This document shows positions 13,220 through 25,397 of a DNA stretch of 64,000 nt, piece by piece. The DNA lies in NCBI RefSeq assembly GCF_001677475.2, contig NZ_CP015229.1. One strand, given 5' to 3'. The position numbers and the translations under genes were made by a program. The stretch is from Escherichia coli (GTDB lineage Bacteria; Pseudomonadota; Gammaproteobacteria; Enterobacterales; Enterobacteriaceae). Each line of letters begins with the position of its first letter. Positions within the stretch are counted from its first letter, which is position 1. The notes beneath the pieces were generated by a model. It saw nothing but the letters and a program-made list of their open reading frames with translations. It did no database searches and had not been told where the DNA came from.

Positions 13220-13552
13220 CGTAAAGATACATGCTCATCCGGATCATTTCAACACCCAATCCCTGTGACCCTTTGTGGATGTGGAATTTCCGCAACGGGG
13301 AACTCTGGCATTGTTAGCAGCCATTGGTGACGCTCCCATAAACGCCTGGATGAGTGATTGATGATGGTTTTGCTGAGAGTATGGATTTTTCGAGAATGGA
13401 GGTTATCTCTACTTTACTGGCCGATGATTTATCGCAGTATGATTGATTACCTGACAGCGTGTATTCCTCTCCCACGGATATAATAATTACTTACAAAAAG
13501 GGAGAGGATGCATATTTTAAATATCACTGAAGTGAACAGTTTATTGCCGTTA

Positions 13553-13654
13553 TTAATAGAAATGGAGAAATAAATAGGCGTATTCTACAATTGCGACAAA
13601 AACAACGATATTAATCAGTTTATGACTGATTTGTTGTACTTTATTCTCTTTCAT
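13553..13654 (-). CDS. ykgR: Small membrane protein YkgR (33 aa)
   Basis: Hand translation MKENKVQQISHKLINIVVFVAIVEYAYLFLHFY; matches recalled YkgR. Confidence 0.6.
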   Translation of the reverse strand: MKENKVQQISHKLINIVVFVAIVEYAYLFLHFY

Positions 13655-14135
13655 TGGTACTTCCTCGCTTTAAAAAAGAGTGCACTTCGTAAGTGCCCTT
13701 ATATAAATAACGAGTTTGGTCAACCAATTTTTTGACATGTATCACAAATTTGAATAGATGTATTACATCAACTATCTTTTATTGCACCAACGTCATTGAT
13801 ATATGTCGCCTGAAGTCAGTTCCGGGAATGAGTCTGATCTCAAGATTGGCCCAGTCCTGGCGTTGATTGGCGCTGAGGAGCATATCGCATCTCATCATAA
13901 TGTCGTATCTCCTGGGGTGTTATACAAGATATCGTTGTTGGTGACCTGGGAGAGGAATTGAGTTCTATTAAACCGTCAACTATGCCGGATACATACTGGA
14001 TTACACTGCAGGCACGCCTTATGAGAGAACGTGCCGCAGTGACGGGTTAATTATCTGAAAGAATTTGTGAGGCTGTATCGGTTACTCATTGATTTGATAG
14101 TTTTACTCTCGGGAGAGTAATAGATATTTAATCCA

Positions 14136-14379
14136 TTAACGGAAACCAGTGAGTTCCTTTCGATGTCTGAATTTCCTTGGCGTGACATAGGTATATCCTG
14201 TAATTACTAAACCAATATTTTGTGAGCGACGTTTATAATATTCGAGTTCTTGCTCAGAGATGGTTCCATCAGGATTAGCTGACCAGGTCGTCATAGGAGC
14301 CATAACGATACGATTACATGGCTTTGTTTTTTTCTGTCAGCATAAAAGGAGGAAACAGTGATAAGTGTTTATTTGTCAT
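14136..14379 (-). pseudogene. Remnant of an OYE-family NADH:flavin oxidoreductase N-terminus (frameshifted, 3'-truncated)
   Basis: Two short ORFs in frames differing by 1 nt: MTNKHLSLFPPFMLTEKNKAM* then (C)NRIVMAPMTTWSANPDGTISEQELEYYKRRSQNIGLVITGYTYVTP..., resembling the NRIxMAPM...YY..RA..GLIISE N-terminal region of Old Yellow Enzyme-type reductases; similarity ends after about 65 residues. Confidence 0.45.
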
Positions 14380-14672
14380 GACAATACCTCAAATGTTTAT
14401 CTGATTTTGATGCGTATATTTTAACTGGTTAGTTGTTACCAGCTTTGGAACCAAGATTTTTGGCTTTGTTTTTATTTATAATTACTGTTAGTGCTTTTAT
14501 TGAATTTATGGTGGAGAAAAGAGTAAAAAAAGAAAGTTAATGATGTGTGTCAGAATATCGGTAAGAAGAATGACGCAATCGTGAGGATACGTTTATTCAT
14601 AATAAATCTCCTGAAAGTTTAGAATTATTTTCTATACAGCCAGATTATCATTGTTACTAATAATGTGGTTAA

Positions 14673-16616
<1,944 letters not shown>

Positions 16617-17165
16617 TTATCGTTCATGAGAAGCATAACGTAAAGAGAAGAGCTCGATTAGACGGCAGGATTTGTCAGGGGTTATGAACGAAATTCATAA
16701 ATCTGTTTGAGTGTTGCGATGGGTAGTGCAAGTTCGATATCTCCGCAATTTACAGTCCGATGAAGGAAAATGAATATCCATAAAAAATATATTGGTTTAT
16801 CCTGGTATATATACCTATTTCGACGTATTTCCAATAGTTGTTAATTAAAGGCAGGTCATTATTATTCACTCTGAATAATGAATTATTCACTGTCCGCAGA
16901 GTAAAAATATAACTTAGGTATCTATTTAATGACTTGCACAAAAAGCTAAATTTTCACCCATAAATAAAAATATAATCCCGCGCCCAACCACCTGATGAGT
17001 GGCTACAGGCACTGGATATATTAGGTGGCGGTGTACTTTCTTACATAAAGGTATTTCCTTTTCTGCGGAAAAGGAAACCGGGAAATCCCCGGCTTTTCTG
17101 ACAAGCAGACACCATTATTTGTGTCTGCCTATGTTCGTTAATTCGTTCATCAGGAAATTATCTCA

Positions 17166-20100
17166 ATGTCACGTTATAAAACAGGTCATAAACAACCACG
17201 ATTTCGTTATTCAGTTCTGGCCCGCTGCGTGGCGTGGGCAAATATCTCTGTTCAGGTTCTTTTTCCACTCGCAGTCACTTTTACCCCAGTAATGGCTGCA
17301 CGTGCGCAGCATGCGGTTCAGCCACGGTTGAGCATGGAAAATACCACGGTAACTGCTGATAATAATGTGGAGAAAAATGTCGCGTCGTTTGCCGCAAATG
17401 CCGGGACATTTTTAAGCAGTCAGCCAGATAGCGATGCGACACGTAACTTTATTACCGGAATGGCCACCGCTAAAGCTAACCAGGAAATACAGGAGTGGCT
17501 CGGGAAATACGGTACTGCGCGCGTCAAACTGAATGTCGATAAAGATTTCTCGCTGAAGGATTCTTCGCTGGAAATGCTTTATCCGATTTATGATACGCCG
17601 ACAAATATGTTGTTCACTCAGGGAGCAATACATCGTACCGACGATCGTACTCAGTCAAATATTGGTTTTGGCTGGCGTCATTTTTCAGGAAATGACTGGA
17701 TGGCGGGGGTGAACACCTTTATCGACCATGATTTATCCCGTAGTCATACCCGCATTGGTGTTGGTGCGGAATACTGGCGCGATTATCTGAAACTGAGCGC
17801 CAATGGTTATATTCGGGCTTCTGGCTGGAAAAAATCGCCGGATATTGAGGATTATCAGGAACGCCCGGCGAATGGTTGGGATATCCGCGCAGAGGGCTAT
17901 TTACCTGCCTGGCCGCAGCTTGGCGCAAGCCTGATGTATGAACAGTATTATGGCGATGAAGTCGGGCTGTTTGGTAAAGATAAGCGCCAGAAAGACCCGC
18001 ATGCTATTTCTGCCGAGGTGACCTATACGCCAGTGCCTCTTCTGACACTGAGCGCCGGGCATAAGCAGGGCAAGAGCGGTGAGAATGACACTCGCTTTGG
18101 CCTGGAAGTTAACTACCGAATTGGCGAACCTTTGGCGAAACAACTCGATACGGATAGCATTCGCGAGCGTCGGGTACTGGCAGGCAGCCGCTATGACCTG
18201 GTTGAGCGTAATAACAACATCGTTCTTGAGTACCGCAAATCTGAAGTGATCCGTATTGCTCTGCCTAAGCGTATTGCAGGTAAGGGCGGGCAGACGGTTT
18301 CCCTGGGGCTTGTGGTGAGTAAAGCAACTCACGGTCTGAAAAATGTTCAATGGGAAGCGCCGTCTTTGCTGGCCGCAGGCGGAAAAATTACGGGGCAGGG
18401 TAATCAGTGGCAAGTGACGCTCCCGGCTTACCAGGCAGGCAAAGACAATTATTATGCGATTTCTGCGGTTGCCTACGATAACAAAGGCAATGCCTCAAAA
18501 CGCGTGCAGACAGAGGTGGTCATTACCGGAGCAGGTATGAGTGCCGAGCGCACGGCGTTAACGCTTGACGGTCAGAGCCGTATCCAAATGCTTGCTAACG
18601 GTAGTGAGCAAAAGCCACTGGTGCTTTCTCTGCGCGACGCCGAGGGGCAGCCAGTCACGGGCATGAAAGATCAGATCAAGACTGAGCTGACGTTCAAGCC
18701 AGCTGGAAATATTGTGACTCGTACCCTGAAGGCCACTAAATCACAGGCAAAGCCAACTCTGGGTGAGTTCACCGAAACTGAAGCAGGGGTGTATCAGTCT
18801 GTCTTTACTACCGGAACGCAGTCAGGTGAGGCAACGATTACTGTTAGCGTTGATGGCATGAGCAAAACCGTCACTGCAGAACTGCGGGCCACGATGATGG
18901 ATGTGGCAAACTCCACCCTGAGCGCTAACGAGCCGTCAGGTGACGTGGTTGCTGATGGTCAGCAAGCCTACACGCTGACGTTGACTGCGGTGGACTCCGA
19001 GGGTAATCCGGTGACGGGAGAAGCTAGCCGCCTGCGACTTGTTCCGCAAGACACTAATGGTGTTACCGTTGGTGCCATTTCGGAAATAAAACCTGGGGTT
19101 TACAGCGCCACGGTTTCTTCGACCCGTGCCGGAAACGTTGTTGTGCGTGCCTTTAGCGAGCAGTATCAGTTGGGCTCATTACAACAAACGCTGAAGTTTG
19201 TCGCCGGGCCGCTTGATGCAGCACATTCGACCATCGCCCTGAATCCGGATAAACCGGTGGTTGGCGGTACAGTTACGGCAATCTGGACGGCAAAAGATGC
19301 CAATGACAACCCTGTGACCAGCCTCACGCCGGAAGCGCCGTCATTAGCGGGTGCCGCTGCTGTAGGTTCTACGGCATCGGGCTGGACAAATAATGGTGAT
19401 GGGACGTGGACTGCACAAATTACTCTCGGCTCTACGGCGGGTGAATTAGAAGTTATGCCGAAGCTAAATGGACAGGATGCGGCAGCAAATGCGGCAAAAG
19501 TAACCGTGGTGGCTGATGCGTTATCTTCAAACCAGTCGAAAGTCTCTGTCGCAGAAGATCACGTAAAAGCCGGCGAAAGCACAACCGTGACGCTTATTGC
19601 AAAAGATGCACATGGCAACGCTATCAGTGGTCTTTCGTTGTCGGCAAGTTTGACGGGGACCGCCTCTGAAGGGGCGACCGTTTCCAGTTGGACCGAAAAA
19701 GGTGACGGTTCCTATGTTGCTACGTTGACTACAGGCGGAAAGACGGGCGAGCTTCGTGTCATGCCGCTCTTCAACGGCCAGCCAGCAGCCACCGAAGCCG
19801 CGCAGTTGACGGTCATCGCCGGAGAGATGTCATCAGCGAACTCTACGCTTGTTGCGGACAATAAGGCTCCGACCGTCAAAACGACGACGGAACTCACCTT
19901 CACCGTGAAGGATGCGTACGGGAACCCGGTCACCGGGCTGAATCCAGATGCACCAGTGTTTAGCGGTGCCGCCAGCACGGGGAGTGAGCGTCCTTCAGCA
20001 GGAAACTGGACAGAGAAAGGTAATGGGGTCTACGTGTCGACCTTAACGCTGGGATCTGCCGCGGGTCAGCTGTCTGTGATGCCGCGAGTGAACGGCCAAA

Positions 20101-21419
20101 ATGCCGTTGCTCAGCCACTGGTGCTGAACGTTGCAGGTGACGCATCTAAGGCTGAGATTCGTGATATAACAGTGAAGGTTAATAACCAACTGGCTAATGG
20201 ACAGTCTGCTAACCAGATAACCCTGACCGTCGTGGACAGCTATGGTAACCCGTTGCAGGGGCAAGAAGTTACGCTGACTTTACCGCAGGGTGTGACCAGC
20301 AAGACGGGGAATACAGTAACAACCAATGCGGCAGGGAAAGTGGACATTGAGCTTATGTCAACGGTTGCGGGAGAACACAATATTTCCGCTTCGGTGAATG
20401 GTGCTCAGAAGACGGTCACGGTGAAATTCAACGCGGATGCCAGCACCGGTCAGGCAAACCTGCAGGTAGACGCCGCTGCTCAAAAAGTGGCAAACGGCAA
20501 AGATGCCTTTACGCTGACGGCGAACGTTGAGGATAAAAATGGTAACCCTGTTCCAGGGAGCCTGGTGACCTTTAATCTGCCCCGGGGTGTCAAGCCGCTT
20601 ACAGGCGATAATGTCTGGGTGAAAGCCAACGATGAGGGGAAAGCAGAGTTGCAGGTGGTTTCAGTGACTGCCGGAACGTATGAGATCACGGCATCGGCAG
20701 GGAATAACCAGCCTTCGAATACGCAGACTATAACGTTTGTGGCCGATAAGGCGACCGCAACCGTCTCCGGTATTGAGGTGATTGGCAACTATGCACTGGC
20801 GGATGGCAAAGCCAAACAGACGTATAAAGTTACGGTGACTGATGCCAATAACAACCTGTTGAAAGATAGCGAGGTGACGCTGACTGCCAGCCCGGCAAAT
20901 TTAGCTCTGGATCCCGATGGGACGGCGAAAACTAATGAGCAAGGGCAGGCTATTTTCACCGCCACGACCACTGTCGCAGCGAAATATACACTCACGGCGA
21001 AAGTGGAACAGGCCAACGGTCAGGAATCGACGAAAACTGCTGAATCTAAATTCGTCGCGGATGATAAAAACGCGGTGCTCGCCGCATCATCTGATGTGAC
21101 TTCTCTGGTGGCGGATGGGGTACAGACCGCAACAATGACGGTTACCCTGTTCTCGGCAAATAACCCTGTTGGGGGGAATGTGTGGGTCGACATTGAGGCT
21201 CCGGAAGGAGTGACGGAGAAGGATTATCAGTTCCTGCCGTCGAAAAATGACCATTTCGTGAGCGGGAAAATCACGCGTACATTTAGTACCAGCAAGCCTG
21301 GTGTCTATACATTCACATTTAACGCCCTGACCTATGGCGGGTACGAAATGAAGCCAGTGAAGGTGACCATTACCGCGGTGGATGCCGATACGGCAAAGGA
21401 CGAGGAGGCGATGAAGTAA
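17166..21419 (+). CDS. eaeH: Intimin/invasin-like inverse autotransporter adhesin EaeH (FdeC), full-length
   Basis: ORF track 1417 aa; N-terminal beta-barrel region followed by many Ig-like repeat segments; matches recalled EaeH/FdeC N-terminus. Confidence 0.85.
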   Translation: MSRYKTGHKQPRFRYSVLARCVAWANISVQVLFPLAVTFTPVMAARAQHAVQPRLSMENTTVTADNNVEKNVASFAANAGTFLSSQPDSDATRNFITGMATAKANQEIQEWLGKYGTARVKLNVDKDFSLKDSSLEMLYPIYDTPTNMLFTQGAIHRTDDRTQSNIGFGWRHFSGNDWMAGVNTFIDHDLSRSHTRIGVGAEYWRDYLKLSANGYIRASGWKKSPDIEDYQERPANGWDIRAEGYLPAWPQLGASLMYEQYYGDEVGLFGKDKRQKDPHAISAEVTYTPVPLLTLSAGHKQGKSGENDTRFGLEVNYRIGEPLAKQLDTDSIRERRVLAGSRYDLVERNNNIVLEYRKSEVIRIALPKRIAGKGGQTVSLGLVVSKATHGLKNVQWEAPSLLAAGGKITGQGNQWQVTLPAYQAGKDNYYAISAVAYDNKGNASKRVQTEVVITGAGMSAERTALTLDGQSRIQMLANGSEQKPLVLSLRDAEGQPVTGMKDQIKTELTFKPAGNIVTRTLKATKSQAKPTLGEFTETEAGVYQSVFTTGTQSGEATITVSVDGMSKTVTAELRATMMDVANSTLSANEPSGDVVADGQQAYTLTLTAVDSEGNPVTGEASRLRLVPQDTNGVTVGAISEIKPGVYSATVSSTRAGNVVVRAFSEQYQLGSLQQTLKFVAGPLDAAHSTIALNPDKPVVGGTVTAIWTAKDANDNPVTSLTPEAPSLAGAAAVGSTASGWTNNGDGTWTAQITLGSTAGELEVMPKLNGQDAAANAAKVTVVADALSSNQSKVSVAEDHVKAGESTTVTLIAKDAHGNAISGLSLSASLTGTASEGATVSSWTEKGDGSYVATLTTGGKTGELRVMPLFNGQPAATEAAQLTVIAGEMSSANSTLVADNKAPTVKTTTELTFTVKDAYGNPVTGLNPDAPVFSGAASTGSERPSAGNWTEKGNGVYVSTLTLGSAAGQLSVMPRVNGQNAVAQPLVLNVAGDASKAEIRDITVKVNNQLANGQSANQITLTVVDSYGNPLQGQEVTLTLPQGVTSKTGNTVTTNAAGKVDIELMSTVAGEHNISASVNGAQKTVTVKFNADASTGQANLQVDAAAQKVANGKDAFTLTANVEDKNGNPVPGSLVTFNLPRGVKPLTGDNVWVKANDEGKAELQVVSVTAGTYEITASAGNNQPSNTQTITFVADKATATVSGIEVIGNYALADGKAKQTYKVTVTDANNNLLKDSEVTLTASPANLALDPDGTAKTNEQGQAIFTATTTVAAKYTLTAKVEQANGQESTKTAESKFVADDKNAVLAASSDVTSLVADGVQTATMTVTLFSANNPVGGNVWVDIEAPEGVTEKDYQFLPSKNDHFVSGKITRTFSTSKPGVYTFTFNALTYGGYEMKPVKVTITAVDADTAKDEEAMK

Positions 21420-21455
21420 TTTTAAGAATATGAAAGTAGCATTCTAATAAACATT

Positions 21456-21482
21456 AATGGCGTTGACATATTCAACGCCATT
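21456..21482. terminator. Hairpin between convergent eaeH and ykgA (possible bidirectional terminator)
   Basis: Stem AATGGCGTTG/CAACGCCATT with 7-nt loop, flanked by A/T-rich sequence. Confidence 0.45.
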
Positions 21483-21538
21483 ATTATTGAATTTCCAGAC
21501 AGTAGTCTCGTTATAAATTCATTTAGATATAGCGACAA

Positions 21539-22429
21539 CTAAACCGGACGAACGGGGATAAAAATTTCGCAAACAACATCATTGCTATCCTTTTCTACGA
21601 AATCTTCATTGTAATAAAACCGCTCAATATCACTGCCGTTGACTCTGGCTAACCCCCTGGCGGGTAATTCCATCAGATAGAGGTTTCGCGCCCATTCAGG
21701 GTAGTGCTCCCACTCACCTTCATAGCGGAAAGAGGCATACAGTCCTCGGTTAATTGTCCACTCTTTCGGCATCTCTGAATCGGTTTGTTTGCATACCGTA
21801 CCGGCAAAAGTTTCAACCGTGAGCAAATCGACCGATTTTGTTGACGGTTCAAACGTGGAGACGAAATAGATATCCGTCTTAAAATTCTTCATACATCTGG
21901 CTAAATGATGACGTCGTAGTTTGACTTCTTCATCCGGTGATTTAATCGACACTTCAATGTCATATTTAAATGAGTTGCCAAAAATAGGTGTCTCAGGAAA
22001 GTTGACTAATCTACACTCCGTCTTTTGCTGTTGACGTATTAAAAAAGAAGGGAAGATATTTGCGAGATCCCAATAATCACGGTGGCGGTATTCACGGGGA
22101 GAGCAGCGGAATAACTTTTTAAATTCGCGGCTGAATGACTGCTGTGAATCAAAATGCAAAGAGAGTGCAATATCAAGCATAGATTTCGCGGTGAGCCGGA
22201 CAAGAATGGCGGCACGACAAAGCCTTCGTTTGCGAATGTATTCTCCCAAAGGCACATGCATGAAATTTCGGAACAGAAGCTGGATGTTGCGTCTGCTGTA
22301 GCCAGATTTCTGTGCGATATCTTCGATTGAAATAGGGTGCTCAAGATTGCACTCAATCCACTCCAGGAGCTGCTGTAGAATCTTCTGCCTGATCATCACA
22401 TTCTCCATTAATTCTTCGTCATATCGCAC
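21539..22429 (-). CDS. ykgA: AraC-family regulator with C-terminal GyrI-like domain (YkgA, full-length)
   Basis: ORF track 296 aa; AraC HTH ...IAQKSGYSRRNIQLLFRNF...FDSQQSFSREFKKLFRCSPREYR. Confidence 0.65.
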   Translation of the reverse strand: MRYDEELMENVMIRQKILQQLLEWIECNLEHPISIEDIAQKSGYSRRNIQLLFRNFMHVPLGEYIRKRRLCRAAILVRLTAKSMLDIALSLHFDSQQSFSREFKKLFRCSPREYRHRDYWDLANIFPSFLIRQQQKTECRLVNFPETPIFGNSFKYDIEVSIKSPDEEVKLRRHHLARCMKNFKTDIYFVSTFEPSTKSVDLLTVETFAGTVCKQTDSEMPKEWTINRGLYASFRYEGEWEHYPEWARNLYLMELPARGLARVNGSDIERFYYNEDFVEKDSNDVVCEIFIPVRPV

Positions 22430-22644
22430 ATTTTCGTTATGCCCTGGGCCCTAAGTGTATCAAAAACAGCAAGGCCGAAGGCAAAAGTACTGGTAGCGTC
22501 TGCTTCGTTGTCCCCGAAAATAGAGAGGTTTCAGTCCTACATTATTAATGAATTTTTTGCATAAGTGATATCAAAATCCACATACTAATTTGAGGTTACG
22601 TTTTAACGTAGACTCATTGTTCATGCCTAATGGAGGGACTGACA

Positions 22645-23514
22645 GTGGAATTTTCCGTATTAAGTAACAATCTGAAAATGCCGATGATGGGATTTGGTGT
22701 TTTTCAGGTTACCGATAAAAACGTGTGCAAACAGTCAGTGTTGAACGCTATCCGCACGGGTTATCGACTCATCGACACTGCAGCGGTATACGGTAATGAA
22801 GATGCCGTCGGTGAAGCCGTTCGTGAAGCTATATCTGAAGGTTTATGTACCCGAGATGAGTTATTTATAACGTCTAAATTGTGGGTGCAGGATATGTTGA
22901 ATCAGGATACGGCAGCAGCAGGTATTGAAGCATCATTAAAAAAATCGGGACTAGAATACTTCGACCTCTATTTATTGCATCAGGCTATGCGCGATTATTT
23001 CAGTGCGTGGCGTGCACTCGAAGATGCCTATGAAGAGGGCAAATTAAAAGCAATTGGGGTTTCCAATTTCTACCCTCATGTTCTGGCGAACTTTTGTGAA
23101 ACGGTAAGAGTTAAACCGATGGTCAACCAGGTCGAGTTGCATCCCTATTTTGCCCAACCAGAGGCGCTGGCAACCATGAAGTATTATAACGTGCAGCCTG
23201 AAGCATGGGCTCCGTTAGGTGGGGGACGACATAAACCCTTTGAAAATAATCTGCTTCAGAGTATTGCAGATGCCCATCAAAAATCGATTTCTCAAGTCAT
23301 TCTGCGTTGGAATATTCAACGGGGAGTGGTCGTTATTCCGAAATCGATACATCAACAGCGTATCGAAGAAAATTTTGCTATCTGGGATTTCTCACTGACA
23401 GAGAAAGAAATGGCACAAATTAGTTCGCTTGATTTGGGTTATGTTGGGGAGTCGGTAAAACATTTTAATCCTGAATTTGTTCGTGGTTGTCTTGCTGTAA
23501 AAATACATGATTGA
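22645..23514 (+). CDS. Aldo-keto reductase
   Basis: ORF track frame 22630..23514; start placed at GTG 22645, preceded by GGAGG; motifs GFGVFQ and IDTAAVYGNE. Confidence 0.75.
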   Translation: MEFSVLSNNLKMPMMGFGVFQVTDKNVCKQSVLNAIRTGYRLIDTAAVYGNEDAVGEAVREAISEGLCTRDELFITSKLWVQDMLNQDTAAAGIEASLKKSGLEYFDLYLLHQAMRDYFSAWRALEDAYEEGKLKAIGVSNFYPHVLANFCETVRVKPMVNQVELHPYFAQPEALATMKYYNVQPEAWAPLGGGRHKPFENNLLQSIADAHQKSISQVILRWNIQRGVVVIPKSIHQQRIEENFAIWDFSLTEKEMAQISSLDLGYVGESVKHFNPEFVRGCLAVKIHD

Positions 23515-23673
23515 TATTAATCATGTATTTTACCTGAGACAACAAGAATCTTTTAACAGGGGAGTGATATTGATCTTCACTCTGTCATATCTCCGGTAAT
23601 ATGGCGTCAGGCTTCATCATCAGAAAGGGGGCCTGACGCCTGAAAAAGTGAACAACAGACAGTGTTCTGATTA

Positions 23674-24267
23674 TCAATCTTCAGTTTTTAACGTTGAACT
23701 GGATTCATTACTGTGTTGTTTAAGAATGTCCCGCGCCGAATCTGCCATTATCATGACAGCACCTGCCAGCATCAGAGTATCTTTCAATACCAGACGACCA
23801 GCACCAGATAAATAAGGGAAACCATGATGAGCGTCACCCAATGCGGGTACCCATGCCTCCGGGGTGGTGATTAAAAATGAGAGTGTTACCAGCGGCGTGG
23901 TAAATGCCATCAGCCCTCCCAATAAACCTAACCAGCGATTGACAGGATTAGCCAAAACCAGCAGAGCAATAATCACCTCCACGATGCCAAGACCGTTGGA
24001 AAAACCATAGGTATTATTAGCCGTTTGCCATGCCCTTGCTTCTGGTTTGTATTCGCCTTCGTGAGTCAGATACTGTTTATAGTCTTCTGGGTGTTCATAA
24101 AAGAACGACATTAGTGGACTGTTTGCGACGAATGGTGTAATGCTGTCTGCCTCGTAAGGGACAAACTTTAATAACCCAATCCACATAAAAACAATCGCAA
24201 TACTCAGACGAATCAATGTCAGGCCAATTTTATCTCCCCGACTTAACAGGTGCAGGTATCTTTCCAT
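23674..24267 (-). CDS. rclC: Reactive-chlorine resistance inner membrane protein RclC (DUF417)
   Basis: ORF track 200 aa frame; start placed at MERYLHLLSRGDK... Confidence 0.8.
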   Translation of the reverse strand: MERYLHLLSRGDKIGLTLIRLSIAIVFMWIGLLKFVPYEADSITPFVANSPLMSFFYEHPEDYKQYLTHEGEYKPEARAWQTANNTYGFSNGLGIVEVIIALLVLANPVNRWLGLLGGLMAFTTPLVTLSFLITTPEAWVPALGDAHHGFPYLSGAGRLVLKDTLMLAGAVMIMADSARDILKQHSNESSSTLKTED

Positions 24268-24278
24268 TGTAAACATCC

Positions 24279-24515
24279 TTATTTATACAATACTGCTGTT
24301 GCGGTTGAATTATTATCAATTCGCATCGATGTGACTTTCCAGGATGAAGCATTATATTTTTTGGCCATATCAGCAATGGCATCCTCCAGAACTGTCGGTG
24401 ATGCTGATACTGACGAGACGCTGATATGTTTCAGAATTATTTTATCATCTGCATTGGTGGAAAATGCCATAACGCCAGATAATAGTGTTGCAAATAAAAC
24501 AGATTTTTTAAACAT
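24279..24515 (-). CDS. rclB: Periplasmic DUF1471 protein RclB
   Basis: ORF track frame 24279..24563; start placed at MFKKSVLFATLLSGVMAFS (78 aa, signal peptide); the longer frame begins inside the IS1-like end. Confidence 0.8.
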   Translation of the reverse strand: MFKKSVLFATLLSGVMAFSTNADDKIILKHISVSSVSASPTVLEDAIADMAKKYNASSWKVTSMRIDNNSTATAVLYK

Positions 24516-24563
24516 ATAAAATACCATCAATGAAGTGATTAAGAAGTTAGGTAGTGCATCCAA

Positions 24564-24959
24564 TTAGTAGAACATGTGTTTTTCGATAAACGCTCCGATC
24601 ACTTTTTCGTGGATCTCAACTGAGCGTGAGAAGCAGATTGTTTTACGAGCCAACCGCTTAATGCGGGTGCGTAGCGTCAGATTATTACGCTCAATGCGTT
24701 GGGTGAATATTTTGCCGGTCAGATGCTTATTCTTCGGCACCTCCCGGCCATAGCTGCCCCAGTCATCGCTGGTCAGCATGCCGATGTTGAAGGGTGTAAG
24801 CAGTGCCAGTAGCTCCCGGCACGTTTGATCGGTTCGGGGACCAAAAGTGTAGGCCAGTACACCGCCTGTTTTGGTGTTGTACGCGTACCAGAGCCAGTGT
24901 TGCCGGGCTTTACTGCCAACGTAGCTCCATTGCTCATCAAGCTCGCAGATAAGCGCCAC
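24564..24959 (-). CDS. insB: IS1-family transposase InsB' frame (expressed as an InsAB' fusion by -1 frameshift)
   Basis: ORF track 131 aa MALICELDEQWSYVGSKARQHWLWYAY...; recognisably similar to canonical IS1 InsB (estimated by eye). Confidence 0.8.
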   Translation of the reverse strand: MALICELDEQWSYVGSKARQHWLWYAYNTKTGGVLAYTFGPRTDQTCRELLALLTPFNIGMLTSDDWGSYGREVPKNKHLTGKIFTQRIERNNLTLRTRIKRLARKTICFSRSVEIHEKVIGAFIEKHMFY

Positions 24960-24985
24960 ATCAGCATGGGCAACAGGCGAAGACG

Positions 24986-25258
24986 TTATTCGCTTTGGCG
25001 CGAGTTTTTTAAAGTCCGGATGACGGTGTTAATACCAATTTTCAGTGTCCTGGCGGTATCGCGAACCCCGGCACCATTAAAGGCCATTTCAGTTATCAGC
25101 TCTTTCATACCCGGCTTACGTGCTTGATAAGTATAAGTGAGCTGAAACACACGGTGGCAGTCACGGCAGCGAAATCTGTCACGGCCTTTAGGGTTCTGAC
25201 CATGGCGGTAAACCTGAGCTGACTGACAACGGGGACAATGAATATTAACGCTGGCCAT
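24986..25258 (-). CDS. insA: IS1-family InsA (zinc-finger/HTH transposition inhibitor)
   Basis: ORF track 90 aa MASVNIHCPRCQSAQVYRHG...; CxxC..CxxC; ends ...TLKNSRQSE as in IS1 InsA. Confidence 0.85.
   Translation of the reverse strand: MASVNIHCPRCQSAQVYRHGQNPKGRDRFRCRDCHRVFQLTYTYQARKPGMKELITEMAFNGAGVRDTARTLKIGINTVIRTLKNSRQSE
25004..25010 (-). other. Programmed -1 ribosomal frameshift heptamer A6C (TTTAAAAAAC) of the IS1-family insA/insB'
   Basis: Motif read on the minus strand at the insA/insB' overlap; a -1 shift here joins ...FKKLAPKRITSSPVAHADVALICELDEQW... Confidence 0.7.
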
Positions 25259-25397
25259 GAGATAACCTCAAAAGCCCGTATTATACATCAGATTCAACTA
25301 ATTAGAGACATCACCAGAAGTTATAAAGTAACAGGGAATTAATAAGATTCTTTTCTCTGAGACGCCAGAATATTTGTTCTGGCGTCTGATTTTGAGT

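Larger units (their letters stand above)
24550..25315 (-). mobile_element. IS1-family insertion sequence (766 bp) between rclA and rclB
   Basis: insA and insB' ORFs; imperfect terminal inverted repeats GGTAGTGCATCCAATTAG... / GGTGATGTCTCTAATTAG...; flanking 8-bp direct repeat AGAAGTTA (24542-24549 and 25316-25323). Confidence 0.85.

Noticed and set aside
17901-18413. 170-aa minus-strand ORF
   Set aside because: Antisense inside eaeH; no ribosome-binding site or family resemblance.
23600-23650. Hairpin GGCGTCAGGC/GCCTGACGCC between the aldo-keto reductase gene and rclC
   Set aside because: Long 17-nt loop and no U-tract on either strand; possibly a REP-like or structural element, but not supportable as a terminator.
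24516-24563. N-terminal extension of rclB (MDALPNFLITSLMVFY)
   Set aside because: Begins inside the IS1-like terminal repeat; the signal-peptide start MFKKSV at 24515 is the plausible start.
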